NCBI GenBank assembly: GCA_963666365.2
Contig: CAXXNF010000001.1
Coordinates: 1,472,442 to 1,536,441, forward strand
Source of the DNA: Syntrophales bacterium
Lineage (GTDB): Bacteria; Desulfobacterota; Syntrophia; Syntrophales; UBA2210
Length of the DNA: 64,000 nt
Reading direction: 5' to 3'
The stretch's first letter is position 1; every line of letters begins with the position of its first letter. This document shows, in pieces, positions 49,165 through 58,094 of the stretch. The position numbers and the translations under genes were made by a program. The notes beneath the pieces are model-generated. The model did not search any database and had not been told where the DNA came from. It saw nothing but the letters and a program-made list of their open reading frames with translations.

Positions 49165-49638
49165 ATGGATTTTTATATGACTCTATTTACCGTTTCTCCG
49201 GAAAAAGAGAAAGCCCTTCTTGAAAAAATGAAAGAGCTGGGGGTGCGTGAGGAGGATCTGAGAGAGACCTTCATCCGGGCGTCCGGCTCGGGCGGTCAAA
49301 AAGTGAACAAAACGTCCTCCTGTGTTCAGCTTACCCATGTGCCCACGGGTCTTTCCGTCAAATGCCAGCGCGAGCGGTCTCAGGCTTTGAACCGTTTTTT
49401 TGCCCGCAGACTCCTCCTTGACCGCATAGAAAGAATTCAGAAGGGGATCGCATCGGAACAACAGAGGCGGATAGAGAAAGTGCGGCGGCAGAAACGGAAG
49501 CGGTCGAAGCGGGCCAAAGAAAAGGTCCTCGAACTCAAACATCGGCAATCGGAAAAGAAAGCACTCCGAAACATAAAGGGGGACACTTCCCTATTTTTTG
49601 TGATCCCATTGGTGTATTACATTAATTATATTATATAG
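49165..49638 (+). CDS. Small GGQ peptidyl-tRNA hydrolase (ArfB/RF-1-domain-like)
   Basis: RASGSGGQKVNKTSS and CQRERSQALNR, with a basic C-terminal tail and no codon-recognition domain. Confidence 0.85.
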   Translation: MDFYMTLFTVSPEKEKALLEKMKELGVREEDLRETFIRASGSGGQKVNKTSSCVQLTHVPTGLSVKCQRERSQALNRFFARRLLLDRIERIQKGIASEQQRRIEKVRRQKRKRSKRAKEKVLELKHRQSEKKALRNIKGDTSLFFVIPLVYYINYII

Positions 49639-49671
49639 TTGCAACTCAAAAATAGGGAAGTGTCCCTATTT
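49575..49671. mobile_element. Family-E miniature element, second copy
   Basis: Same terminal repeats; its interior is the reverse complement of the interior of 47961-48057. Confidence 0.85.
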
Positions 49672-49674
49672 AAA

Positions 49675-49716
49675 AAAAAGAGGGAAGGCTTCTGGGTATC
49701 TGCCTTCCCTCTTTTT
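49675..49716. terminator. Bidirectional intrinsic terminator
   Basis: AAAAAGAGGGAAGGC-loop-GCCTTCCCTCTTTTT between convergent genes. Confidence 0.85.
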
Positions 49717-49734
49717 GCTATGATGCCGTTTTTA

Positions 49735-50106
49735 CTAGCCGGCCAGGAGCTTGAACACCGGGTTGGCGTACAGGATAACCAGCGAAATAACCAACGCGTA
49801 GATCGCGATGGATTCCGTCATAGCCATACCAACCATCATGGTCAAAAGCACCTTGCCCTGGGCGTCAGGGTTTCTCCCGACGGCACTTGCCGCACCGCTT
49901 GTTGCCTGTCCCATTCCGCTTCCTGCGCCGATTGCCCCGAATCCGATCGCCATGCCGGCTGCAATTACGCTGCAACCAAGTACGATTGCCGCTGCATAAC
50001 CGCCACTTCCCGCTGCTTCATCCGCCGCCAGTGCAAAAGAACTCGAAACCATCAAAAGACCAACAACCATCAGACAGAATACAACACCCTTTAACCCTTT
50101 TCTCAT
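49735..50106 (-). CDS. atpE: F0F1 ATP synthase subunit c, stand-alone, with N-terminal signal-like extension
   Basis: GxGxGxG (GAGSGMG), RNPDA loop, MTESIAIYALV; RBS AAGGAGG. Confidence 0.92.
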   Translation of the reverse strand: MRKGLKGVVFCLMVVGLLMVSSSFALAADEAAGSGGYAAAIVLGCSVIAAGMAIGFGAIGAGSGMGQATSGAASAVGRNPDAQGKVLLTMMVGMAMTESIAIYALVISLVILYANPVFKLLAG

Positions 50107-50334
50107 GACTCTTTCCTCCTTTAGAAAGAACGATTTATTACGGCTCTTCGAGTCGACACCCCTCATACTTAAGGTTCCCTTTTATTGTTACTTAAGCACG
50201 CTCCGATATCGCGAAAGCCGCATCAACCTTGTACTTAAGGACAAGGGCAAAAGTCAAGAAATATTTTGACCTCCCCTGGAAAAAAATGTACAAGCCCCTG
50301 AAGGCGTTGAGATCGTTAATAACGTTTAAATCGT

Positions 50335-50859
50335 TTGACAGACCAGACAGACCAAATGGACCAGACAGACCAAATGGACCAGACAGACCAAACAAACCAG
50401 ACCGACCGCCGCATATCCCACATGCTTGAGGGCGATATCGGTACGGGTAGGCACCCCTTTCGATCTATCGCCGACACCTGCGGAATCAGCGAGGAGGAGG
50501 TGCTGGAGCGGATTCACCGCATGAAGGAAGCGGGGATTATCCGCCGGTTCGGCGCCGTGCTCCGGCACCGGAAGGCAGGTGTCACCGAAAATGCACTGGT
50601 CATGTGGGCGACGCCTCCCGGACAGTCCGAGCGTGTGGGCGCCCTGCTCGCCTCCCATGACGAGGTGACCCATTGTTACGAGCGCCGTCCGGCATTCGGT
50701 GGGAAATATACCCTTTTTTCCATGATTCAGTGTCGCAAGGGGACTGTTGAAGCCTTTGTGCGCACTCTGGCGCCGGCCCTGGGCATTGACGACTATCTGA
50801 TCCTGCATAGCATGGAAGAATTCAAAAAGGAAAGCATGGAGTATTTCGGCAATGAGTAG
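50335..50859 (+). CDS. ahbB: Siroheme decarboxylase beta subunit (AhbB/NirH, Lrp/AsnC-like)
   Basis: [34 protein letters not shown]; overlaps the hemL start. The N-terminus is encoded by a 9-bp satellite, so the start is uncertain. Confidence 0.8.
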   Translation: MTDQTDQMDQTDQMDQTDQTNQTDRRISHMLEGDIGTGRHPFRSIADTCGISEEEVLERIHRMKEAGIIRRFGAVLRHRKAGVTENALVMWATPPGQSERVGALLASHDEVTHCYERRPAFGGKYTLFSMIQCRKGTVEAFVRTLAPALGIDDYLILHSMEEFKKESMEYFGNE

Positions 50860-52141
50860 AACCTCGAAGGAGTTGTGTGCCCAGGCCTCGGCGGTCATTC
50901 CCGGAGGAGTGAACAGTCCCGTGCGCGCCTTCGGCGCCGTCGGTCGTTCCCCCATATTTATCGACAGGGCGGCCGGATCGAAAATCTACGACATAGAGGG
51001 GAAGGAATATATCGATTACGTGGCGTCCTGGGGGCCCATGATCCTGGGACACGCCCATCCCCGGGTGGTTGAGGCGATTGCCGGGGCGGCGGCCCGCGGG
51101 ACAAGCTACGGCGCATCCACCGAGGGTGAAGTGACGATGGCGGAAATGATTGTGGATGCCTTCCCCTCCATCGATATGGTCCGCATGGTCAATTCCGGCA
51201 CCGAAGCGACCATGAGCGCCATCAGACTGGCCCGCGCCTATACCGGGCGGGAGCGTATCATTAAATTCGAGGGCTGCTATCACGGTCATGTCGATTCACT
51301 GCTTGTCAAGGCCGGTTCCGGTGTGGCCACGCTGGGCATTCCCGGCAGCCCCGGCGTACCCCCGGCGCTTGCGGAACTGACGATCACCGTGCCCTACAAC
51401 AACCTCGACGCGGTTAAAAAGACCATCGACACATCGGGCGACGACGTGGCCTGCCTGATTGTGGAGCCCGTTGCCGGCAATATGGGCGTGGTGCCCCCGG
51501 TTCCCGGCTTTCTCGAAGGGCTGCGGACACTGACGGCGGAAAAGGGCATTGTGCTTATCTTTGACGAGGTGATTACCGGATTCCGTCTTGCCTTCGGCGG
51601 CGTACAGACCCTGTACGGGATCGAACCGGATCTGACCTGTCTCGGCAAAATCATCGGGGGAGGGCTTCCCGTGGGCGCCTTCGGCGGCAGGCGGAAGATC
51701 ATGGAGATGCTGGCCCCCGCGGGTCCCGTCTACCAGGCGGGCACCCTTTCCGGAAACCCCCTGGCCATGGCGGCGGGCACGGCCACGCTGCGCATTCTTC
51801 GGGAAGATCGCGATATCTATACCCGCCTGGAGCGCACCACCGCCTCCCTGTGCGCGGCACTGGAAGATATTTTCACGCACGCGGGCATCCCCTTCTCAAT
51901 AAACCGCATGGGCTCCATGTGCACGCTCTTCTTCTGCCCGGAAAGGGTCACCGATTTCGCCTCGGCGCAGCGGGCGGACACGGCGCTCTTCGCCCGCTAT
52001 TTCGCGGCCATGATTGAGGAAGGCGTCTACATCGCCCCGTCGCAGTTCGAGGCGACCTTTGTGTCGGCGGCCCACAGTGACGAGGATATAGACAAGACGC
52101 TGGCCTGCGTAAAAAGGGCGTTGCAGAAGTTGAAAAGGTGA
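50852..52141 (+). CDS. hemL: Glutamate-1-semialdehyde 2,1-aminomutase
   Basis: Motifs [46 protein letters not shown] and PSQFE. Confidence 0.97.
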   Translation: MSRTSKELCAQASAVIPGGVNSPVRAFGAVGRSPIFIDRAAGSKIYDIEGKEYIDYVASWGPMILGHAHPRVVEAIAGAAARGTSYGASTEGEVTMAEMIVDAFPSIDMVRMVNSGTEATMSAIRLARAYTGRERIIKFEGCYHGHVDSLLVKAGSGVATLGIPGSPGVPPALAELTITVPYNNLDAVKKTIDTSGDDVACLIVEPVAGNMGVVPPVPGFLEGLRTLTAEKGIVLIFDEVITGFRLAFGGVQTLYGIEPDLTCLGKIIGGGLPVGAFGGRRKIMEMLAPAGPVYQAGTLSGNPLAMAAGTATLRILREDRDIYTRLERTTASLCAALEDIFTHAGIPFSINRMGSMCTLFFCPERVTDFASAQRADTALFARYFAAMIEEGVYIAPSQFEATFVSAAHSDEDIDKTLACVKRALQKLKR

Positions 52142-52145
52142 AGAG

Positions 52146-52276
52146 CTCCCTCTCCCTTGCGGGGAGAGGGTTGGGGTGAGGGCGATTAATAGTGCTATTA
52201 CAATCAGTTGCTTCCCCCTCCCCTTCATCCCCTCCCACCAGGGGAGGGGAAAAATGACTTTTTGCGAAACCGTCAA
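52146..52276. repeat. CTCCCTCTCCC/GGGGAGAGGG palindrome doublet followed by a family-D end
   Basis: Homologous in layout to 11848-11966. Confidence 0.7.
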
Positions 52277-52324
52277 AAAGTCAGAAAAGTTGAGAAAATA
52301 GGGAGGGTTGAAAGGCGCAAAGAC

Positions 52325-52449
52325 GAGATTGCCGCGCTCCCTCCGGTTGCTCGCAAAGACAGGCCTTGAGGCATTGGAGGAGCGCAGTGACGAAGCACTC
52401 TCTCCCCCCCGTTGTCTTTGCGAGGGAGCTTTGCGACCGAAGCAATCTC
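52325..52449. repeat. Family-F palindromes (GAGATTGCCGCGCTCCCT.CGGT.GCTCGCAAAGAC ... GAAGCAATCTC)
   Basis: Two more tandem copies at 62064-62249 and a degenerate piece at about 57851-57905. Confidence 0.8.
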
Positions 52450-52608
52450 ATTGGATATGGAATGTACCTCTTACCCTGTTGTGCGCCTTTGCGGGATACC
52501 ACATTTCAGTGATTGACATGAGTGCCCAAGTTAGGTAGAAACCAACATTCAACCATGTAATATGCTCGGGGTAGTATATCCTCTCTGAGCGGCTGTGATA
52601 TACGAAGC

Positions 52609-52984
52609 GAAACCTTTGCATACTTTCAAAATCCGTCATTCCGGGCGTGACCCGGAATCCAGGAAATGCATAAAGAACCGGATGCCCCCCGGACGTGATC
52701 CGGGATCTGACGGTATGTCGAAATGAATGCATGCATGAAGTGCCGCAAAGGTGTCCTCAACTCCTCGACGGGGGGATTCGCTCTTTTTTGTAATCCAGGA
52801 AGCGGAGCTGTATCAAAACAGACCAAACAGGAGACCTGGTTTGCATAATTTCTTTTTCCGTCATTCCGGGCTTGACCCGGAATCCAGAAAGTGTGTGAAC
52901 AAACTGGATACCTCCCGGACTTGATCCGGGACCTGCCGGTATGACGAAAGTGACGATTTTATGAGGTTCTGCAAAGCAGGTCTC
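52609..52984 (+). mobile_element. Two family-B miniature elements (52609-52755; 52831-52984)
   Basis: GAAACCTTTGCA...CGCAAAGGTGTC and GAGACCTGGTTTGCA...TGCAAAGCAGGTCTC ends around GTCATTCCGGG palindromes. Confidence 0.78.
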
Positions 52985-53094
52985 CCTATTTCACCGGAAC
53001 CAAACAGATGTACCCCGTGAAATGCGAAGCCTATTTCACCGGGGCCAAATAGACCAAATAGACCAAACAGACCAGAAGGACCAAACGGTGCACA

Positions 53095-54042
53095 ATGACA
53101 GAACATCAGGAATGCAACACGCAAAGAAGCTACGAAATGCCCGAAGAAGACGAAATCAATCTTCTCGATCTCTTCATCACCCTTCTGAAATATAAATGGA
53201 TGATATTTTTTATCGTCTTTTTTACCGGTCTGGCCGCGGTGATCATCACCCTGCAGATGACGCTGATCTTCCGTTCGGAAGCCACCATCGTGCCCACCAC
53301 CCAGGAAAAGGGGAGCGGCCTGGCCGCGCTGGGCGGCTTCGGCGCCATGATCGCCTCAGAGGCGGGAATCAGCGCGAGCGGCTCGCTGGAACAGTTCGAA
53401 GTGGTGCTCAAAAGCCGTGAACTGACGCACAAAATCGTGAAGGAGCACAACCTTCTGCCCATTCTCTTTGAAGACGGCTGGGATCCGGAAAAGAAGGTCT
53501 GGAAGGACGAGCCCCCCAAAACCGAGGACATTTACAATGCGGTGCAAGGCCCTTTGCAGTTTAATTCCGATAAGAAAAAAAATGTCATGACGATTTCCTT
53601 TCAATCAAAGGATCCGGAGATGGCGAAGCAGATGGTAGAGTATTTCATTGTGGGCCTAAGCGAGTTTCTGCGGCAGCAGACGCTGAAGGACGCCGAGGCG
53701 CAGCAGAGTCATTTGTACCAGCAGCTGTCGCAGACCACCGATCCGCTGCTTAAAAACAGGCTCTATGAATTGATCGCCAGGCAGATCGAGCAGGAGACGC
53801 TGGCAAAGGTCCAGAAATACTACAGCTTCAATATTATCGATCCGCCCTTTGTCCCGGAGCGGAAGTTCAAGCCGAAGCGGGCGCAGATCTGTGTGCTTTC
53901 CGTAGTGGTGGCCTTCTTCCTGGCCGTCTTTCTCGCCTTCTTCAGAGAGTACGTGACAAAACTGCGGGAGAATGAAGATCCCGAACGACTGGCCGCGCTA
54001 CGTAAATACATAAGCCTGCGTCCCGGTAAGAAGAAAGAATAA
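53095..54042 (+). CDS. wzz: Wzz/FepE-type polysaccharide chain-length determinant
   Basis: EDEINLLDLF, N-terminal TM, and IIDPPFVPERKFKPKR followed by a C-terminal TM. Confidence 0.85.
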   Translation: MTEHQECNTQRSYEMPEEDEINLLDLFITLLKYKWMIFFIVFFTGLAAVIITLQMTLIFRSEATIVPTTQEKGSGLAALGGFGAMIASEAGISASGSLEQFEVVLKSRELTHKIVKEHNLLPILFEDGWDPEKKVWKDEPPKTEDIYNAVQGPLQFNSDKKKNVMTISFQSKDPEMAKQMVEYFIVGLSEFLRQQTLKDAEAQQSHLYQQLSQTTDPLLKNRLYELIARQIEQETLAKVQKYYSFNIIDPPFVPERKFKPKRAQICVLSVVVAFFLAVFLAFFREYVTKLRENEDPERLAALRKYISLRPGKKKE

Positions 54043-54241
54043 AAAAACATCTCGCGCAGCGACGCCGAGAAAAAAAGAGAACAAAAAGAAAAAGCATCCC
54101 GCGCAGAGCCGCCGAGGCGCAGAGGAAGAAAAGAGAAAAATAAGGTTCATCCGGTTTTTGCGTACTTATTGGCTTTGAAAGGTTGGGGATAAGGAAACGA
54201 ATAAAACCTTTTGTGTTCCCGGGGACAGCGCCGTCATTCTG

Positions 54242-54370
54242 GAGACCTGCAGAACCTCATAAAATAATCAATTTCGTCATACCGGCGAAAGCCGGTATCC
54301 AGTTTTTTCACGCACGTTCTGGATTCCGGGTCAAGCTCGGAATGACAGAAAAGGGAATTATGCAGATCTC
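54242..54370 (-). mobile_element. Family-B miniature element, apparently nested in the left arm of the GIY-YIG cassette
   Basis: GAGACCTGCAG...TGCAGATCTC ends; reverse-complement homolog of 8200-8343; flanked by CCGTCATTCTG and TTTCCGGCGTATGCCGGAATCCAG. Confidence 0.72.
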
Positions 54371-54409
54371 TTTCCGGCGTATGCCGGAATCCAGAAGAGG
54401 CCGCGGTGT

Positions 54410-54700
54410 GTGGATAAGCAGCCTGCTGTATACATTTTAGCAAGCAAAAGAAATGGCACCCTGTATACAGGCGTCACATCAGATCTGCTGAAGCGGGTTT
54501 GGGAACACAAGAATGATCTGGTTGAGAGCTTTACAAGAAGGCATCATGTCCATTCCCTGGTATGGTACGAGCTTCACGAGACCATGGAATCGGCGATTCT
54601 GAGGGAGAAGAGAATAAAGGGATGGAAACGAGAGTGGAAGTTGCGATTGATTGAAAGTGCCAACCCCAGTTGGAAGGACTTATATCACAGCATTGTTTGA
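54410..54700 (+). CDS. Small GIY-YIG nuclease (YhbQ/UPF0213-like)
   Basis: AVYILAS, GTLYTGVTSDL.KRVWEH, LVWYE, AILREKRIKGWKREWK..LIE..NP.W.DL. Confidence 0.92.
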   Translation: MDKQPAVYILASKRNGTLYTGVTSDLLKRVWEHKNDLVESFTRRHHVHSLVWYELHETMESAILREKRIKGWKREWKLRLIESANPSWKDLYHSIV

Positions 54701-54884
54701 CTGGATTCCGGGTCGCGCTTCGCGTGCCCGGAATGACGAACAAGGAAGAGATGCTTCATAAAAAAAATTAAGTACGGATCAACCGGGTGAAAAAAAATAA
54801 TGAGGTCTTGTCAGCGTCCCTGCGCCCCTGCGGGAGGCAAAAAATAATTACCTTGAAAATTACCTTTATAAAAAAGGTGGAAGT

Positions 54885-57827
54885 GTGAACATGACATGTA
54901 AAAAAAGATCGTATGCACTGCAACTCGCAATAATGGCAGGTGTTCTTTTCATGCTTACGTGTACGTGCATACCCGGTCTGCCCGGTCTGTGGGCGCAAAA
55001 TTCGAGCGCATCAGCCGCGTCGTCTGCCCAGGTGTCCGGTGTGACCATGCTTCCGTCGGTCACGGGAATGACGCCGGATCAGGCCGCCGCGGCCCGGAAT
55101 CTGACCCCGGCCCAGAAGGGGGCGATAGCCCAGGAATTGGAAAAGACGGGCGGGAAGCTTACCCCGGGGGCTGTTGACGCCCTGAAAGGACGGCCGGAAT
55201 TTGAGGGACTCTCTCCCGAAGAGGTGGCAAAGGGCAAAGAACTGATCGAGCAGGCGGAGAAAAAACAGCCCGATCGCGCCGCCGACAGGGGGCCAAAACG
55301 GACAATTACCGATCTTCCCAAGGGAGAAACCCTCTTCGAACGGGCGCAGATGCTCGGTTCCTACCAGAATATCCCCCTCGATCTTCGGCCCTTCGGGTAC
55401 GACTTTTTCCGCGAGGCGGCGATCAAAGTCATCACGGACCGCAAGGACATCCCCGTTCCTCTGCAGTATGTCGTCGGCCCGGGAGACGAAGTGCGCATTG
55501 TCTTGTGGGGGAGGGTAAACGCTTCCTACACACTGACCGTCGACCGCGACGGTAAAATCGCTATTCCCGACATCGGACCTCTGAATGTGGCGGGGATGAC
55601 CTTCGAAGAAATGTCCGGACATCTGACCAGTCAGGCCCAGCAGATCACCGGCACCAACGTCGATATCACCATGGGCGCGCTCAGAACGATCCCGATTTTC
55701 GTCCTGGGCGATGTGCGCAGACCCGGCGCCTACACGATCGGCGCACTGGCGACCATCACCGACGCCCTGCTCCTTTCGGGCGGCCCTTCCGAGATAGGCA
55801 CCATGCGCACCATACAGCTGAAGCGCAGCGATACAATAATCAAGCAGTACGACCTGTACGACCTGCTCTTGAAAGGTGATAAATCTCAGGATATGACGCT
55901 GCAGGCCGGCGATATCGTATTCGTGCCCGTCATCGGCCCCTATGCGGCCATTGCGGGCAATGTAAAGCGGCCTGCCATCTATGAATTGAAGGACGACTAC
56001 ACCCTCGCCCACCTCTTCGACCTTGCCGGCGGGATCATCCCCACCGCCTACACCCAGCAGATACAGGTGGAGCGCACCATCAAGAACGAGAAGAAGATCG
56101 TCGTCGATATTGACGACAAGAATCTCAGCCGCGCCAAGGGGATATTGCTGCAGGACGGGGATATCGTCAAAGTGTTTCCCATTGTGGAGAAAGATGTCAA
56201 CGCCGTCTATCTGCAGGGCAACGTCAAGCGGGGCGGCAAGTACGCACTGACGCCGGGAATGCGCCTCAAGGACATTCTCAAGAGCGAGCAGGAACTGCTG
56301 CCGGACACCTACTTCGACTATGCCCTGATCAAGCGCGTGCAGCCGCCCGGGATGGAGACGACGCTGGTACCCTTCAGCCTCGAAAAGCTGCTCCTGCGCA
56401 ATGATCCAAAGAGCAATCTGCCGCTCGAGCCGCAGGACCAGATTTTTGTCTTCAGCAAGTGGTTCTTCAGGGACAAACCCTATTACGCCGTCAGCGGTGA
56501 GGTGCGGCAGGGCGGCCGATTCGATCTGGAGGAAAACACCCGCGTAAAGGATGCTATTCTTGCCGCCGGCAACGTGACCAAGGACGCCTTTCTGGAAAAG
56601 GCCGAATTGATTCGAGTCAATGAGAAAAAGGAATATTACACCATATATTTTAATGTGGCGGAGGCACTGGCGAATAATCCGCAAGAAAACCTGCTGGTGC
56701 ATGACCAGGACAGTATCATTATCCATTCTGTATGGGAGCAAGTGAACAAAGAAGAGGTCTATGTTGACGGTGATGTGAAAAATCCGGGCGCCTATTTGTT
56801 AACGCAGGGAATGACCGTGAAGGATCTTATCTTCAAAGCGGGCAATCTTCTCGATTCGGCGTTTGTAGGAGAAGCGGAAATAACCTCGCTGGTGGTCGAT
56901 AACGCGCAGGTTGCAAAAATGGAAAGAAAAACAATAGACCTGCAAAAAGCCCTGGCGGGAGATTCCGCCCATAACATCATCCTTATGCCCTATGATCGTC
57001 TGCAGGTAAAACGCATTCCCGATTGGCACGAGGCAAAATTTGCCAGCATTGAAGGCGAGGTAACCTTTCCGGGACGCTATTCCGTCAAAAAAGGCGAGCG
57101 GCTTTCCTCACTGATCGAGCGGGCCGGCGGCTACACCGACTTAGCCTATGCGCGAGGGGCCGTGTTTACGCGAGAAAGCGTCCGGGCGATGCAGCAGAAG
57201 AGTCTCACTGAAATGGTGGAACGTCTGGAGCGCGAACTGGTCAGCCAGAGTGCCGTGGAAATGTCAACGGCCGTGTCAAAAGAGGCCATAAGCGCCACAC
57301 AGGCGGAGCTGGAGCAGAAGCAGAAATTTCTTGCCTCTCTGAGAGAACTGAAGGCCACGGGCAGAATGACCGTCCGGATCGGGCATTTGCGCCTGTTGAA
57401 AGGGAGCGAATACGATATACTTCTCGAGGATGGCGACAGGTTAACGATTCCGCCCAGAAACGACGTGGTGACCGTGGTGGGATCGGTGATGACCCATGGC
57501 AGCTATATCTATTCCGAAGATTACGACTATGAGAACTACATCGACATGGCCGGGGGCTATACGAAATTCGCCGACAAAAAGAACGTGTTCATCGTAAAGG
57601 TCGACGGCAGTGCGAGGAAGGCCAGAGGCGACGTCAGCTGGAATCCCTTCAAGGAGCGGTGGGAGATGACCGCCTTCGGCGAGAAGATCAAGGAGATCGA
57701 GCCAGGGGACACTATCGTCGTGCCGGAGGAAATCGGCCGCATCGCCTGGCTGCGCGAGTTCAAGGACATCACCCAGGTCTTGATGCAGCTCGCCGTCACC
57801 GCCGGCGTTGTGTACAACATGTGGTAA
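54885..57827 (+). CDS. Polysaccharide export protein with multiple SLBB domains, paralog 1 (980 aa)
   Basis: Signal peptide; FGYDFF, YVVGPGDE and VDRDGKI Poly_export domain; repeated GxVxxPGxY...AGG modules; PGDTIVVP. Confidence 0.88.
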   Translation: MNMTCKKRSYALQLAIMAGVLFMLTCTCIPGLPGLWAQNSSASAASSAQVSGVTMLPSVTGMTPDQAAAARNLTPAQKGAIAQELEKTGGKLTPGAVDALKGRPEFEGLSPEEVAKGKELIEQAEKKQPDRAADRGPKRTITDLPKGETLFERAQMLGSYQNIPLDLRPFGYDFFREAAIKVITDRKDIPVPLQYVVGPGDEVRIVLWGRVNASYTLTVDRDGKIAIPDIGPLNVAGMTFEEMSGHLTSQAQQITGTNVDITMGALRTIPIFVLGDVRRPGAYTIGALATITDALLLSGGPSEIGTMRTIQLKRSDTIIKQYDLYDLLLKGDKSQDMTLQAGDIVFVPVIGPYAAIAGNVKRPAIYELKDDYTLAHLFDLAGGIIPTAYTQQIQVERTIKNEKKIVVDIDDKNLSRAKGILLQDGDIVKVFPIVEKDVNAVYLQGNVKRGGKYALTPGMRLKDILKSEQELLPDTYFDYALIKRVQPPGMETTLVPFSLEKLLLRNDPKSNLPLEPQDQIFVFSKWFFRDKPYYAVSGEVRQGGRFDLEENTRVKDAILAAGNVTKDAFLEKAELIRVNEKKEYYTIYFNVAEALANNPQENLLVHDQDSIIIHSVWEQVNKEEVYVDGDVKNPGAYLLTQGMTVKDLIFKAGNLLDSAFVGEAEITSLVVDNAQVAKMERKTIDLQKALAGDSAHNIILMPYDRLQVKRIPDWHEAKFASIEGEVTFPGRYSVKKGERLSSLIERAGGYTDLAYARGAVFTRESVRAMQQKSLTEMVERLERELVSQSAVEMSTAVSKEAISATQAELEQKQKFLASLRELKATGRMTVRIGHLRLLKGSEYDILLEDGDRLTIPPRNDVVTVVGSVMTHGSYIYSEDYDYENYIDMAGGYTKFADKKNVFIVKVDGSARKARGDVSWNPFKERWEMTAFGEKIKEIEPGDTIVVPEEIGRIAWLREFKDITQVLMQLAVTAGVVYNMW

Positions 57828-57917
57828 GAAAGTAGGGAAAAGTATGTCCTTACGAGGCGCGCAGCGGCGAACGACGAAGTACTCTCTCTCCCCGCTGTCG
57901 TTGCCAGAAGTGAAACT

Positions 57918-58058
57918 GAGAGCTTAGCATACCTCTTCTCTTTGTCATTCCGGGTACGCGGAGCGCGACCCGGAATCCAGGAAGTCTCTAAAATACTGGA
58001 TGCCGGATCAAGTCCGGCATGACGATATTGAAACCAAAGGGGATTTTTCAAAGCTCTC
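57918..58058 (+). mobile_element. Family-B miniature element
   Basis: GAGAGCTTAGCA...TCAAAGCTCTC ends; interior nearly identical to 46399-46530. Confidence 0.75.
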
Positions 58059-58094
58059 GGTCGCTCACAGAGACGGGGCTTTGAGTCATCAAAA

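Noticed and set aside
49639..50094. 151-aa + strand ORF after the GGQ gene
   Set aside because: It is antisense to atpE and starts within the family-E repeat and terminator.
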